A stretch of 64,000 bases of DNA from Paraglomus brasilianum (lineage: Eukaryota): the NCBI GenBank assembly GCA_910592345.1, contig CAJVPI010000031.1:1-64000 (forward strand), written 5' to 3'. A model generated the notes under the pieces. The model was not told where the DNA came from and searched no databases. It saw only the letters and a list, made by a program, of their open reading frames with translations. Positions within the stretch are counted from its first letter, which is position 1; the number at the start of each line of letters is the position of its first letter. Below, in pieces: positions 27,986 through 39,700 of the stretch. A program made the translations under genes and the position numbers.

Positions 27986-30878
27986 ATGTTTTCCAGACAA
28001 TTAGCGAGGGCTGTCAAGGTACTTTACAACTCACAACTCGTGCGTTGCGCAAAAGAGACGTTCGATCCGTTGCCATTATTAATTGAACGTAAATTGATGA
28101 TTTATTATCTATTGTCATATACCAAAAGCCCGTAATGTCGCCCTTCAACAGGGCACCAGCTCGCTTTTATGCAATCGTAACAAGCGATTTCAGTGGGAAA
28201 AAAGTACCCATATCCAATTTTGAGCGAGATAGAAGTATCAATTACAAGAGGATTGAGGATAACTTGGCAGTTATTAAGGAACGGTAAGCGAAGGAATAAA
28301 ATAAAAATGTGGACATAGACCTAACGGAAAGAGTGATGTTTTATAAAGTCTGGAGAGTTCGAATCAATTAGCTTGTAAGAATTAATATCAAGTTGCAAAC
28401 TAAAGAGCTTCCTCTTATCCATCTTCTCTTTTTCTCTCTATTCTTTATTCTGCTCTGCTTTTCCAATGAAAAAAGCCTCAAGCGCCCACTTACTCTCTCA
28501 GAAAAGATAGTATACGGTCACTTGGATGATCCCGTAAATCAAGACATAGTTCGTGGCACCTCTTATCTCCGCTTGCGTCCTGATCGTGTCGCATTGCAAG
28601 ATGCTACGGCTCAGATGGCACTTTTGCAGTTTATTTCTGCTGGACTTTCGTCCGTTGCTGTTCCGACAACTGTTCACTGTGATCACTTGATAGAAGCTCA
28701 GATTGGTGGAGAGCAAGATCTTGCGCGCGCCAAGGAATTGAATCAAGAGGTATATAATTTCCTTGCTAGTACTTCAGCAAAGTACAACATTGGATTCTGG
28801 AAGCCTGGGAGCGGGATCATTCACCAGATTATTTTGGAGAATTATGCATTCCCTGGAGGTTTGATGATTGGAACTGACTCGCATACTCCAAATGCTGGTG
28901 GTTTGGGAATGGTTGCTGTTGGAGTCGGTGGAGCAGATGCCGTGGATGTGATGGCTGATATTCCGTGGGAATTGAAATGTCCAAATGTTATTGGAGTCAA
29001 GTTAACCGGAAGCATTCAGGGTTGGACTGCGCCAAAAGGTATGGTATCGGTACAACTGACAGTAGGATGGAGGGATTCTGTCTACGCGGGGAATGGTAAA
29101 TTGGGTAGTCGTAGAACGAGGTATAAATCTGGTTGTCGTGACTGTCTAGTTCAAACATAATCTGTTTCATTTTCCACAGATGTGATTCTTAAAGTAGCTG
29201 GTATTCTGACCGTCAAGGGTGGCACAGGGGCAATAATTGAGTACTTTGGTCCGGGTGTTGAGTCTCTTTCTTGCACTGGCATGGCTACGATCTGCAACAT
29301 GGGTGCGGAGATTGGTGCAACCACATCGTTATTCCCATTTAACCGACGTATGAGTGGCTACCTCAGTGCTACTCGTCGTGATGAAAGCGCCGCAGCATCT
29401 GAAGCCTTTGCTCACAACCTTCGTGCTGATGAGGGTGCTGAATATGATCAAGTCATTGAGATCAATCTATCGGAACTTGAACCGCACATTAATGGACCGT
29501 TTACCCCTGATCTTGCTACGCCATTGAGTAAATTCAAGACCGCAGTTGTCGAGAATAATTGGCCAGCAGAATTGAAAGTCGGTTTGATTGGTTCGTGCAC
29601 TAATTCGTCTTATGAGGATATGAGTCGTGCTGCATCGATAGCAAAGCAGGGAATTGAGCATGGCATCAAAACCAAATCATTGTTTACTGTTACACCTGGA
29701 TCTGAACAAATACGTGCAACCATTTCTCGTGATGGACAGGAAGAGGTTTTGAAAGATGCTGGTGGTGTTGTTCTTGCCAATGCTTGTGGGCCATGCATCG
29801 GACAATGGGATCGCAAAGACGTTAAGAAAGGAGAAAAGAATTCGATTATCACTTCGTACAATCGTAATTTCACCGGACGTAACGATGCCAACCCAGCTAC
29901 TCACGCTTTTGTCGCCTCTCCTGAAATTGTGACTGCAATGGCGTTTGCCGGCGATCTCCGTTTTAACCCTATAACGGATACCCTTAATGATGCTAATGGT
30001 AAACCGTTCAAATTTAGTGATCCAAATGGGTTTGAACTTCCTCCTAAAGGATATGATCCTGGTCAGGATACTTATCAAGCCCCGCCAGAGAGTAGAATGT
30101 CTATACAAATCGCGGTTGATCCAAATAGCCAGAGATTGCAGTTGCTTCAACCTTTTGCAAAGTGGGATGGTAAAGATGCGGAAAAGTTACCTATTCTGAT
30201 TAAAGTGAAAGGGAAATGTACTACTGACCATATATCGATGGCCGGGCCATGGCTTAAGTACAGAGGACATCTGGACAATATCTCAAATAACATGTTGATT
30301 GGTGCGGTTAACGCTGAGAATGATGCCGTAAATTCTGTCAAGAATGTTCTAACTGGAAAATATGAAGCTGTGCCCGATGTCGCTCGTCAGTACAAGGCGA
30401 AAGGTAAAGCTTGGCTACGACTTTCTAGTCGATTGTTTGTTTAATGAACATCATTCTGAATGGATACGGTGACATATCATTTTTACTATTAGGTAAGAAT
30501 TGGGTAGTAATTGGAGATGAGAACTATGGTGAGGGATCCTCTCGAGAACATGCAGCGCTTGAAGTACGTCACTTGGGAGGCACTGCAGTCGTTGTCAAAT
30601 CGTTTGCACGTATCCACGAGACTAATCTCAAGAAACAAGGCCTTCTTCCTCTCACATTTGCTGATCCGTCTGATTACGACAAAATTAACCCTTTCGATAC
30701 TGTCTCGATCATCGGCCTAACGACCCTTGCACCCGGTAAGCCACTTACACTTCAAGTAAATAAAGCCGATGGATCTACTGTTGATATTACCGTTAACCAC
30801 ACCTTCAACGAGAATCAGATTGAATGGTTTAAAGCAGGCAGTGCGTTGAACAGAATGGCAGAGCAGACTAAAGCATAA
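27986..30878 (+). CDS. ACO1: Mitochondrial aconitate hydratase
   Basis: Exons 27986-28018, 28129-28283, 28476-29038, 29180-~30402, ~30493-30878; Arg-rich presequence [68 protein letters not shown]. Confidence 0.97.
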
Positions 30879-31265
30879 TGAAATATCGCGGAGATTTTGG
30901 ATATAGTGGGTTTGAGATGTTTACAAAATAGTTTGTTTTACGCCGGAATAAAATAAAAAATATTTATGACATTGGCATCTGTTTCTAGTATTGCAGTTAT
31001 GTATATTTCTTTATTGCAAATATGGGATACTGCAAAAATAAAATAAATATTACTTAATGTATTCATTTTGGAGTTGTAAAAATAGCACATCTGTTGGATT
31101 ACATATTGCAAATGTTATTACCACCTCGTATACATACTGTTCTCCTGTATCTATCTACAATTATTTTTCTCCGACATATATAGTATGTCGGAGAAACCGT
31201 TGAAATTAAATATATAAGAAGGATAGATTTATAGGAAACGTCTCTCTGAACTTTCTTTCTCAAAA

Positions 31266-32712
31266 TCAAACATCACTTCCAAGCGTCGGATTACTAGTGG
31301 TATTCGTACTTGCTTGTCGTTTGGTCTTCTTGGCCCAACGAAGACCACATGCATTGCATAAACTACATAACAGTATTTAGATTATATTAATTATAGAATT
31401 GTTATCGTGTATGCTCGAATAGCTATTATAATGAGGCGCTCAAACCGTTACAATAATCTGTTGACGATATACGGCAAAACACACAAGCATTACTTACGTC
31501 TTTGGTCCCTGTGGTCCTTTTCGCCATTCCGGCGATTCGACAGTGCCACAGTCGGTACACACATACTCTTCTTCTTCAACCTTTGGCTTTTTCTAATACA
31601 CAACCAATACGTACATGATTTTGTTTACAATATAGGGACATTGCGTTTTCGTCTGCTTTTCTATTCCAGTTATAACAAAATAGATCCAAATAGTCGATAA
31701 AGAAACAATGCATACGTACCTTTCTCCTCGATTTCGATGGCGACACACTCTGCTGACCCGAACTCTCCAGAATAGCACCAGCTCTACCATCCATACTAGA
31801 TAATAAATTCTCCTCTCTATTAGCCGTAATCAAACCAGATGCTGCATCTAGATCCATTAAATTTTCATTAATCAAATTAGGACTAGCTGATCCCCTTGAA
31901 ATGCCTATAGCGCGCTCACCCTCCTGTAAACCAGTCAGCATTTCTAATGGATTACCACTAGCACTGTTTATTATATCCAGCACGCTTTTTGTCTCACCCG
32001 AAACTCCTTCGTTCCGGATGTCTGCTGGAACTTCCGGAGGACCCATAAGCTCGCGGAGCTGTCGCTTGAGATTCTCATTCTCTATTTTAAGTTCGAGAAA
32101 GGAATCGAGCATTGCTGTAGTCTTTGAGGGGTAGGATCTTCCTATCGCAAAGAAGCATTTGCAAGTGCTAGTACCAGTGGGACCTTCACTGAATAATGGA
32201 CGCGCATTGACTTCGAGAATAATAAACTTGTCATCCTTTTTGCGGAATCTATAATGAACCGTGAAGCTGCTCTTTTGTTGTATGCCCATGTTAAAGTCGC
32301 GTAAAAACGTATCAATGTCGTCAACGTGAATAAAGTCGGCAATGTTGCGATTTACTAGCTCTTCCGGGGAATAACCGACTAGTTCGGTTGACGAGGGCGA
32401 ACAATACATTAATTTACCGGTTGGCGAGATTACATGCAGGAAATCTTTGAGTTCTTCGATGATGCGCTGTGACCAGTTCTTTCGCTTGGTAAACTCTGTG
32501 GTGGTACTCGCACTGGTACTTGCACTGCTACTGCTACTACCTAATAACGGGACTCCGACGGCTGATTGTAAAGCCAAAGAGTCACCGTGCCTACCACTCA
32601 AAGAAGCAACGCTCGACGGGCTAAGAGCAAAGGTTTCTCCTAGGGTCTTATGTTCCATTAGTAGACGTTCAAGGTCAGTAGCCTCAGAAATGTTCATATT
32701 GAAATCGTCCAT
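31266..32712 (-). CDS. wc-2: White collar-2/MadB-like PAS + GATA zinc-finger transcription factor
   Basis: [37 protein letters not shown] coiled coil, spliced zinc finger [33 protein letters not shown]; two introns. Which paralogue cannot be determined. Confidence 0.9.
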
Positions 32713-34455
32713 GCTTGACTATTTGAATGCATCTGAATCAGCTGCAAAGACGGGATGGTAGTGCTTATTTTGGAGAGTTCTCCGAAAGGATAGCAGAGTA
32801 GTGTGCCAAAGAGAGTTAGCAATGAATATACGGTGGCTATGAATTATCCTGTTGGCTAGCGGATGCCCTTTTTTTTTCTATGTATGGACTGACTGGTGCA
32901 GGGTTAGTTGATCCTTGGGGTGAGGAGAGGCAAATAACCGTAAACCCTGGATAAACCGATCATGGTAGAAGTATGCCGTATTTAAAATAGTTCAAGCGCC
33001 TTGTGATGATCAATCGAGCCAGCGTTTTTGATGGCAATTGTGTGACGATAATAAAACTTTTGGTATTAACGCTGTTTGGCTAATTACCGAGTTAGCCCTA
33101 TCGGCATGACCTCGTGTAAATAGTGTCATTAATAATACTAGTGTTTCTTTGCATGAACGATCATTGGTGGATAAACAGATCTAGACTATGCGCAGGTATG
33201 ACCAAGATTGTGAAGCAAACAAAGCAGTAAAACAGAATTCCCAGCCAGACTTTGATCGTTGTAAACGAACAACACTTTCACACGAGAACCAGTAGCATTT
33301 TTATAATGTGTAGTAATAGAAACAATATAATTAAATGTCATTATTGTTTATTGACTTTCGTTCCTAATCAGACATTATTGTCACACTATAAACTTTGTGT
33401 GCACTCTCTCTTTTCGCCTAATTTGATCGAATGCTTTTTTTTTTTTTTTTTTGGAAAGGTTTAAGGGTTCAAAGTAAGGTTAATCTTTTTAGCGACTTGT
33501 TCCACATATGAATATACGTTTTACGCCCTGTGATTGCTCTCAATTATATACACTCAACTCGGCCGAATATTCGATTTAGGTGCATGCTTTGTTATTGGCT
33601 TTGCAAGTTATTTTAGGCAATATTCGAAACTCAATTAATTGCTGTAATTAGAAAAAACACTATTTTTATGGCGCGTCATTGACGGGAATGTGTTTATTGA
33701 CTGTGGATATCCAAAGCCGTCAAAAGACGGATTGACGAGTGCCAAATCCATCGGTCCTTGTATCCCGAAAACCTTTTTATCGGCGTATTTGTAATGACGT
33801 AGAAGAGTTAAAAAATGCTGCCCGTTTTTGAGACAGCATTAACTCGGGTAGGCGTATGTTGGGCTTAACGAAACTTCTTGGGAAACAAAGGCTATTAAAA
33901 ACGGACACATTGAGTAGCATTAGGAAATGGAATTGCGTATACGTAGAATTCTAGACTGTGATCAGAATGTTTATATGGTTGGAGATGTTAGTGATATTGA
34001 TTGGAGGGGGTTTTCCGATAATCAAGTTTTGACTTATTCTATGTTGTGTAACCAGTATAATATGGACTTGTTAGTGATTGCACGTGTAATTCCATTATAG
34101 TGTGAAGTTTATATTCTCTACTCAAAAAATTGAATAATGTGATATACCTTGCAAGTGAAAGGCTTGGTTATTGCATTCAGTAAATAATAGGTATACCAAT
34201 CGTTGCGGCAGGATCACGATATCAAAGCAACAAAGTCTTAATGCTCTCCTAATTACGTACGTATCAATAAAGCTATCCGGCTGCTGACTACGCAGATCAA
34301 AATGTAATTGTTTCAGAAAATTCTATCTTGTTATTCGAAAAATTGTAGCGACGGCTTTTTCATTGATTCCTATTCATTAGCGTGGGTTTTTACCTCCCTG
34401 TCAAGACATAGTTGCGTTTCTGTGCATTTGTTTGAAGATATCCTTTAATGGACCC

Positions 34456-34561
34456 GTTGTGTCTGAGTTCGGGACCTGTCTCATTTCAGAACCCAGCCAC
34501 TCAGTCCAGAACTCAATTGTCTTGGTCCAGAACTGAGACAGGTCCCGAACTGAGGTACAAC
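34456..34561. repeat. 106-bp hairpin / very small MITE
   Basis: GTTGTGTCTGAGTTCGGGACCTGTCTCATTTC pairs with GAACTGAGACAGGTCCCGAACTGAGGTACAAC; internal GTCC(A/C)GAACT x3. Confidence 0.85.
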
Positions 34562-34974
34562 AATTGACAAGTGTGATAACTCAACGGCCGGTACGTGATC
34601 GTAATGCAATATGACGTGGAAGATGAAATTAACACTAACATATGTATAGATAATCAGACGATATGTCTGTAAACGTTTGTATAAATCTTCAAGTTTAAAA
34701 GCACACTTTTTATCTCAAGTCGAATGTATTTCTATTTATTTATTTTAATTTTTTTTTTTTTATTTTTTTTGCAAAGCTGAACGGCCATTTTTATGAGCTC
34801 TAGTATATTGACAATTTTAATGTTTGATTTTATTGGTCAGGATACAACAAATTCAAGTACGAATTTAAAAAACCTCCCATTTTATTAATACCAATCCAGC
34901 TCCCATTGTAATTGCTATTCGAACCTCGCGGTTGATTACCGCAGTCTTGCAGCTCGAGGCGGATTCCTTCGTGG

Positions 34975-35285
34975 CACCCTATAATGCAAACATAATTAAA
35001 TATTTAACTTGTAATACATGACATTTCACACAAAAACTTACTGCCTTCTGTTAGAAGTCCATGTTGTGAAGATTGCGCTGTATTGGCCCTATAATAATAA
35101 TGCAAACATAATCAAATAACTAACTTGTAATACATGACATTTTACACAAAAACTTACTGCCTTCTGTCAAAAGGCGGTTCGAGATGGGTTGCGTCTTGGC
35201 TGAAGTGGTTGCACTGCAATTTCCCTTTAAAGCAAATATAATTAAACTTGTGGTAGATGGCATCACTGAATAAACTTGCTGGATC
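34975..35285 (-). repeat. Tandem exon-intron-like units (two close copies, one diverged)
   Basis: Minus strand GTAAGTTTTTGTGT...GTTTGCATTA(TTATTA)TAG at 35041-34979 and 35157-35089; diverged GCAAGT...TTTAAAG at 35279-35225. Confidence 0.7.
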
Positions 35286-35340
35286 GAGGTGCTATTTAAG
35301 AAAAAAAAAGTTACTTTAGCCAGAACGCCTTACGAATATA

Positions 35341-36414
35341 CAGTGCGCGAAAAAAGTTTTTGGAATAAAATGCATAAACTCCATTTTCTTCCAAAATACG
35401 CGTCTAATCACTAATACGTTTTGTGCGTTCTATTCCTATGCATGTACAGTACTGGACCATCTCCGTATCGCGTTTTAAGCGTTTGTTTACTAATATCAAA
35501 TTGAGCGGGAGAATAAAACACAAAGTTCTAAACTTCACGATTTTTTTTTAAATTTTAAATGGCACCTACACCTATTAAAGTAACCTGTGAACTTGTTAAG
35601 GCAAAACGTCCATAATGCAAAAAATTTCTGGGATTCCTTTGCGTTCCTGCGAACGTTATGTTTTCTTAATTCGAAAAAAATGGCAAAATCCCAAGCATTC
35701 ATCGAGCAGTCGCCCACAAGAATTATCTCCATAACAACTTGGGATGACTGTTAAACATGATCATTTCACGACATCCAATGAATTAAAAACTATGCTGGAA
35801 ACAAAATACCCAGAGTTAGATGTTAATGAGCGTATTATTCGCCAAAACCTTAATTGAAACTGAAGGAGGTCATACCAAATATTAAGTAATTAATAAATTT
35901 GTAACCTAATGTTTGGATTTCATTAAAAAAATTTTTTATATGTATTTGTCTTTAAAGTTGAGCTCATTACGCCCCAAAAACTGACCGTCATTACTTTTGC
36001 CGGTGACTGTAACACCGGTAAAAAAACTCGATCACATAACTTTGTAATTGTTTTTCGTTTTGTTATTAAAATACAACGACAAGAATTTTGATTGACCCGA
36101 CGTCGCAAGATCATAACCCAAAATGGACACAAGATGCCTACACTCTACATAAATTAACGTCTGTTTTGCCTTTTAAATATATGATATGAAGAAGCTTAAA
36201 TCAAAAGGCACTTATGTTAATTTGATTCAAAGCATGCCGTCAAGATTAAATAAATAATGGGCGGGAATGGTTTAAGATAACCTTTTGAGTAGCAATAAGT
36301 AAGACGTGTTGTCCTATGAAGAGCATAACTGTAAATTTTCATGTTTGCCTGATTATTCCTCGTTGCGCAGGCAGTTAATAAAAATGTTATTCCAAAAACT
36401 TTTCCCGCGCACTG
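35341..36414 (+). mobile_element. Non-autonomous, internally deleted Tc1-like transposon (1074 bp)
   Basis: 28-bp TIRs CAGTGCGCGAAAAAAGTTTTTGGAATAA / TTATTCCAAAAACTTTTCCCGCGCACTG (2 mismatches), TA on both sides; relic TTSNELKTMLETKYPELDVNERIIRQNL joined to the Tc1 C-terminus EGGHTKY* (~35770-35884). Confidence 0.92.
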
Positions 36415-36629
36415 TAAGTATATCTAGCGTTGTTTTACTTTAATTTCCCCGCACCACAGCTCTTCTCTTCTAGGTGAGTAGTCGACCAAGGGTGGGGGGA
36501 AAGGTACATCCCTATTTAAAAAGAAAAAGTTTAATGCCTTTATTTCCGTTTATCTTACTTTGGGCATCGAAGCAGATATGTTTCTGGGAAATATTCTATT
36601 CATGGAGTTAGTTGCCCTCAAAGCCCACG

Positions 36630-36770
36630 GGTGGGATAGGAGCGTTGCGGAGACGTAATCCGCCGGGTGGTTCACTACCCTGTTAAACCCCCTGAGGCTA
36701 AGTTCTAGCCTTTGCTCTCTTTGGTAGAAAGCACGAGGGGCGATATGCTCCTTACGCTGCGTTATCCACT
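36630..36770 (+). ncRNA. Candidate multi-helix structured RNA element of unknown class
   Basis: Seven helices found by eye, with several G-U pairs on the + strand, a GAGA (GNRA) and a UUCA tetraloop; see finding. No expression evidence. Confidence 0.45.
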
Positions 36771-39700
36771 GAATAGTTACCTACATTCGGTTTTCCCTTT
36801 CCTCCTGCCGCCTCCGTTGGCAATATAATGCCATCGCAAAAACCGTCTTGTTTCATCTCACCTCGAGAGGTCTCGCCATCGTTAATACGCTTGGCGTCTT
36901 GCGTCAAAGTGACGGCGCGTCTGCAAGTCACAGTACGCTAAATGTAGACCTACATGTATAATAGAAGAAATAAAAAAATAAATGGTTGGTAATATCCCTC
37001 CGCAGGAATAGTACCGGTTGGCCAAGCAAATAAGACGATGCGACCAGCGCATCAAAATGTCGCTCCTGAATAGAAGCGAGAGTGGTGGAGTTGTTATTCG
37101 TCCCTCGCTGGCTGTGCTGCCACAACAAAACTCGGAACGAAGAAGTAAAAGTCCGCTTGTTATCTTTTGCAAGGTAATAGCGTAAAGCGCGTCATTTGGT
37201 TTACAAGGAGTTTTTATTACTTTTTTTGAGTTTACGTGATATTCCAGATTTGAAGCTCAAGAGAGAGCGACAATTTTTCTAAAATATAACAAACAAGACA
37301 AGTACTAAACAACAACATTCGATGCATACGTTATACAATTTTTTTCGACAGAAGGTACCTATTGCTTGATCGCTCAATATAAGCTACATGTTTCAGTAAT
37401 TATCGTCTTTGCATAAGACTCAGATTATTACTACTTGTATACTTTTATGGATAAAGTTGCTAAATTGTAATTAATAAGTAGGTATGTAAACAAGTGATCG
37501 GTAACACGTTTTCAAACAACGTATTGTCAAAACTTAGACATAAGCGACGCATAATGTGTGCGTGTTGGATCGAAAGCAACTAGCAATATATCGAGGCCAA
37601 GCATCTGCAAAAAGACACAACTTAATAATAGGAAGGAAGTTCTAAATAAGAACTAATTCTCAAGTGTCGATAGAACCTGTACTTGTTTGTTTGGAAGTTT
37701 AGTCGATACGATATTTTTAAACGTACTTTACTACATTACATATATTTCGTTAGTGCATAACACAATGTGTCTTTGAATAATTGTATCTTATGAATACCAT
37801 TGATAGGAATAGAGGCAGTCACTACAGTTTTCGAGACAAGACCGAACGTAACATAGAGGTTAAAGGATATGATAACAATACTCAGCGAGCCAGTTTGTCT
37901 TCTTGTCAAGCGTCTATTGGACAGGTACTTTCAAAAGTGCTGACAGCGAAAGCTTGGGTGTTTCAAGAATCCACCACAGGCGGAGTCCAAATGAACGATT
38001 TTAAGCCAATAACAATTGGTCCGAATAGCAAGCAATAGCCGTCAGATTGACGATAAAGATGCGGCAGAAATTACCAAGAACTGGTATTTTTTATTGGTTA
38101 AAAACCAAGATAATAGAATCGCGCACAGTATCGTGGTTATAATGGTGCATATACTTACTAAGGCGGTCAATTCGAGTTCATATTAAGGACTTTTGATTAC
38201 TGCTCACATGCAAACAACCAAGCTCTTATTTTGAGATCTTGTTGTTTGTCTAAAAAATAGACAAACCTTTTTTCCAGTTTTTAAGAATGTGATTGGAATG
38301 TTGGAATAACATACAGGTGTCAGTCTTAGTTCATATTAAAATAATCTTGTATAAACATGTAAGGCATGTCAAATCTCGCCCTAGGAGTTTCCTGAGTGCA
38401 TTTTCAATTTCGATGTGCTTGTCATCGTTCGACGTTCCCGCATAATAAATTACCATGGAAGCAACAAGACAGATGACATACAACATACCTGCGAGATACC
38501 CATTTGTTGAATTTTCCTAATTGAGCACGAAACCTGGCCGGTAACATCCTCTCATTCACGTTTGTACGGCACACAATTCGGTTGTGTTTTCTTGAACATG
38601 GTTTTATCGGATCTACCAACCAACACAGCTCTATGCCCCGATTGCTGCCCCTTCACTCATAAAACGCTTAAAATCTCCTCGCGAACAAGTAGCAATACCA
38701 TTTTTCTTAGACCAGATATTCCAATTCCAAAATGGAATCGAGATGAGTCCTAGTCGGAATTTCGCAAATTACAGAGTCATGGGGTTTAAGGGAGATAAAT
38801 CACTTGGTTCCGGTTTGCCATAACCTAAGCGTTAGCGTTTAATCAAATCATAGGGTGGCTTCTTTTCTTTTCGAATGTATCTGACTCTATAATCAGCTCC
38901 AATTTCATTCACAGACTCAAAGTTTCAATTGACGATGACAGATCTAAAGAAGAGATTTGGGTAATTTGAAAGCTGATGCAACAAATGAAGATTGATAGTT
39001 GAAGGTATAATTTTCAGGCTCAAGAATTTTTTTGTTTTTTTTAAAAAAAAAAGGAAAGTTACGGTGCTGCTGATGACGATGCAGTAGCCATGTAACTCAA
39101 TTTCACGTGAGATCGATCCGTAATAATTAGTAATAGTAATAGTAATAGTATGAATGCTAACCGATGTTGCTTTCCATTGTTTGTCAATCACTAATGATAA
39201 CTATTGTCACGAAAACTCGGTTGATCACTGGAACCTAACAGATGCATTTTAGCTGCACGCCAGTAAAAGTAAATACTTATTATTATGATATATACAGTAA
39301 CTGAGGGTCGATCCAAATAACTATTAGTAAGCTGAACAACACATTCCAAGTAAATTGTCTTCTCCGATCTATAGCTCTATTGCGATTGATTTGGGTTCTT
39401 TCAACGTAAACCGCTCATTTGCATAAAGTATGTTCAGATGCCAAGTAGAAAATCCCAACTCTAATAGTGATTACGTTAGCTGCAGGGAGAGTGTCGCATC
39501 TGATTTAGATGCTTAGTTCGGGTTTGATCTTATCAATAAGAAGACTATGTGATAATTTAGAGGGGGATGGGATGTCGATGTATGCTTCATTAATAAGAAC
39601 GATTGTGTATGGACAATCCGTATTGTCAATGGACATTGGGAAATCTCTAGACAACAATAGAAACGGGAATTATAAATTATATTATTCCCTGTAACATGTA

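Noticed and set aside
34910..34975. tRNA gene (GGTTCGAAT on the minus strand)
   Set aside because: T-stem does not close and no cloverleaf or A-box can be built.
36630..36770. Telomerase RNA, tRNA-Sec, TPP or cobalamin riboswitch, hammerhead
   Set aside because: No CCCTAA template, no TCA anticodon cloverleaf, no riboswitch core consensus, no CUGAnGA..GAAA core.
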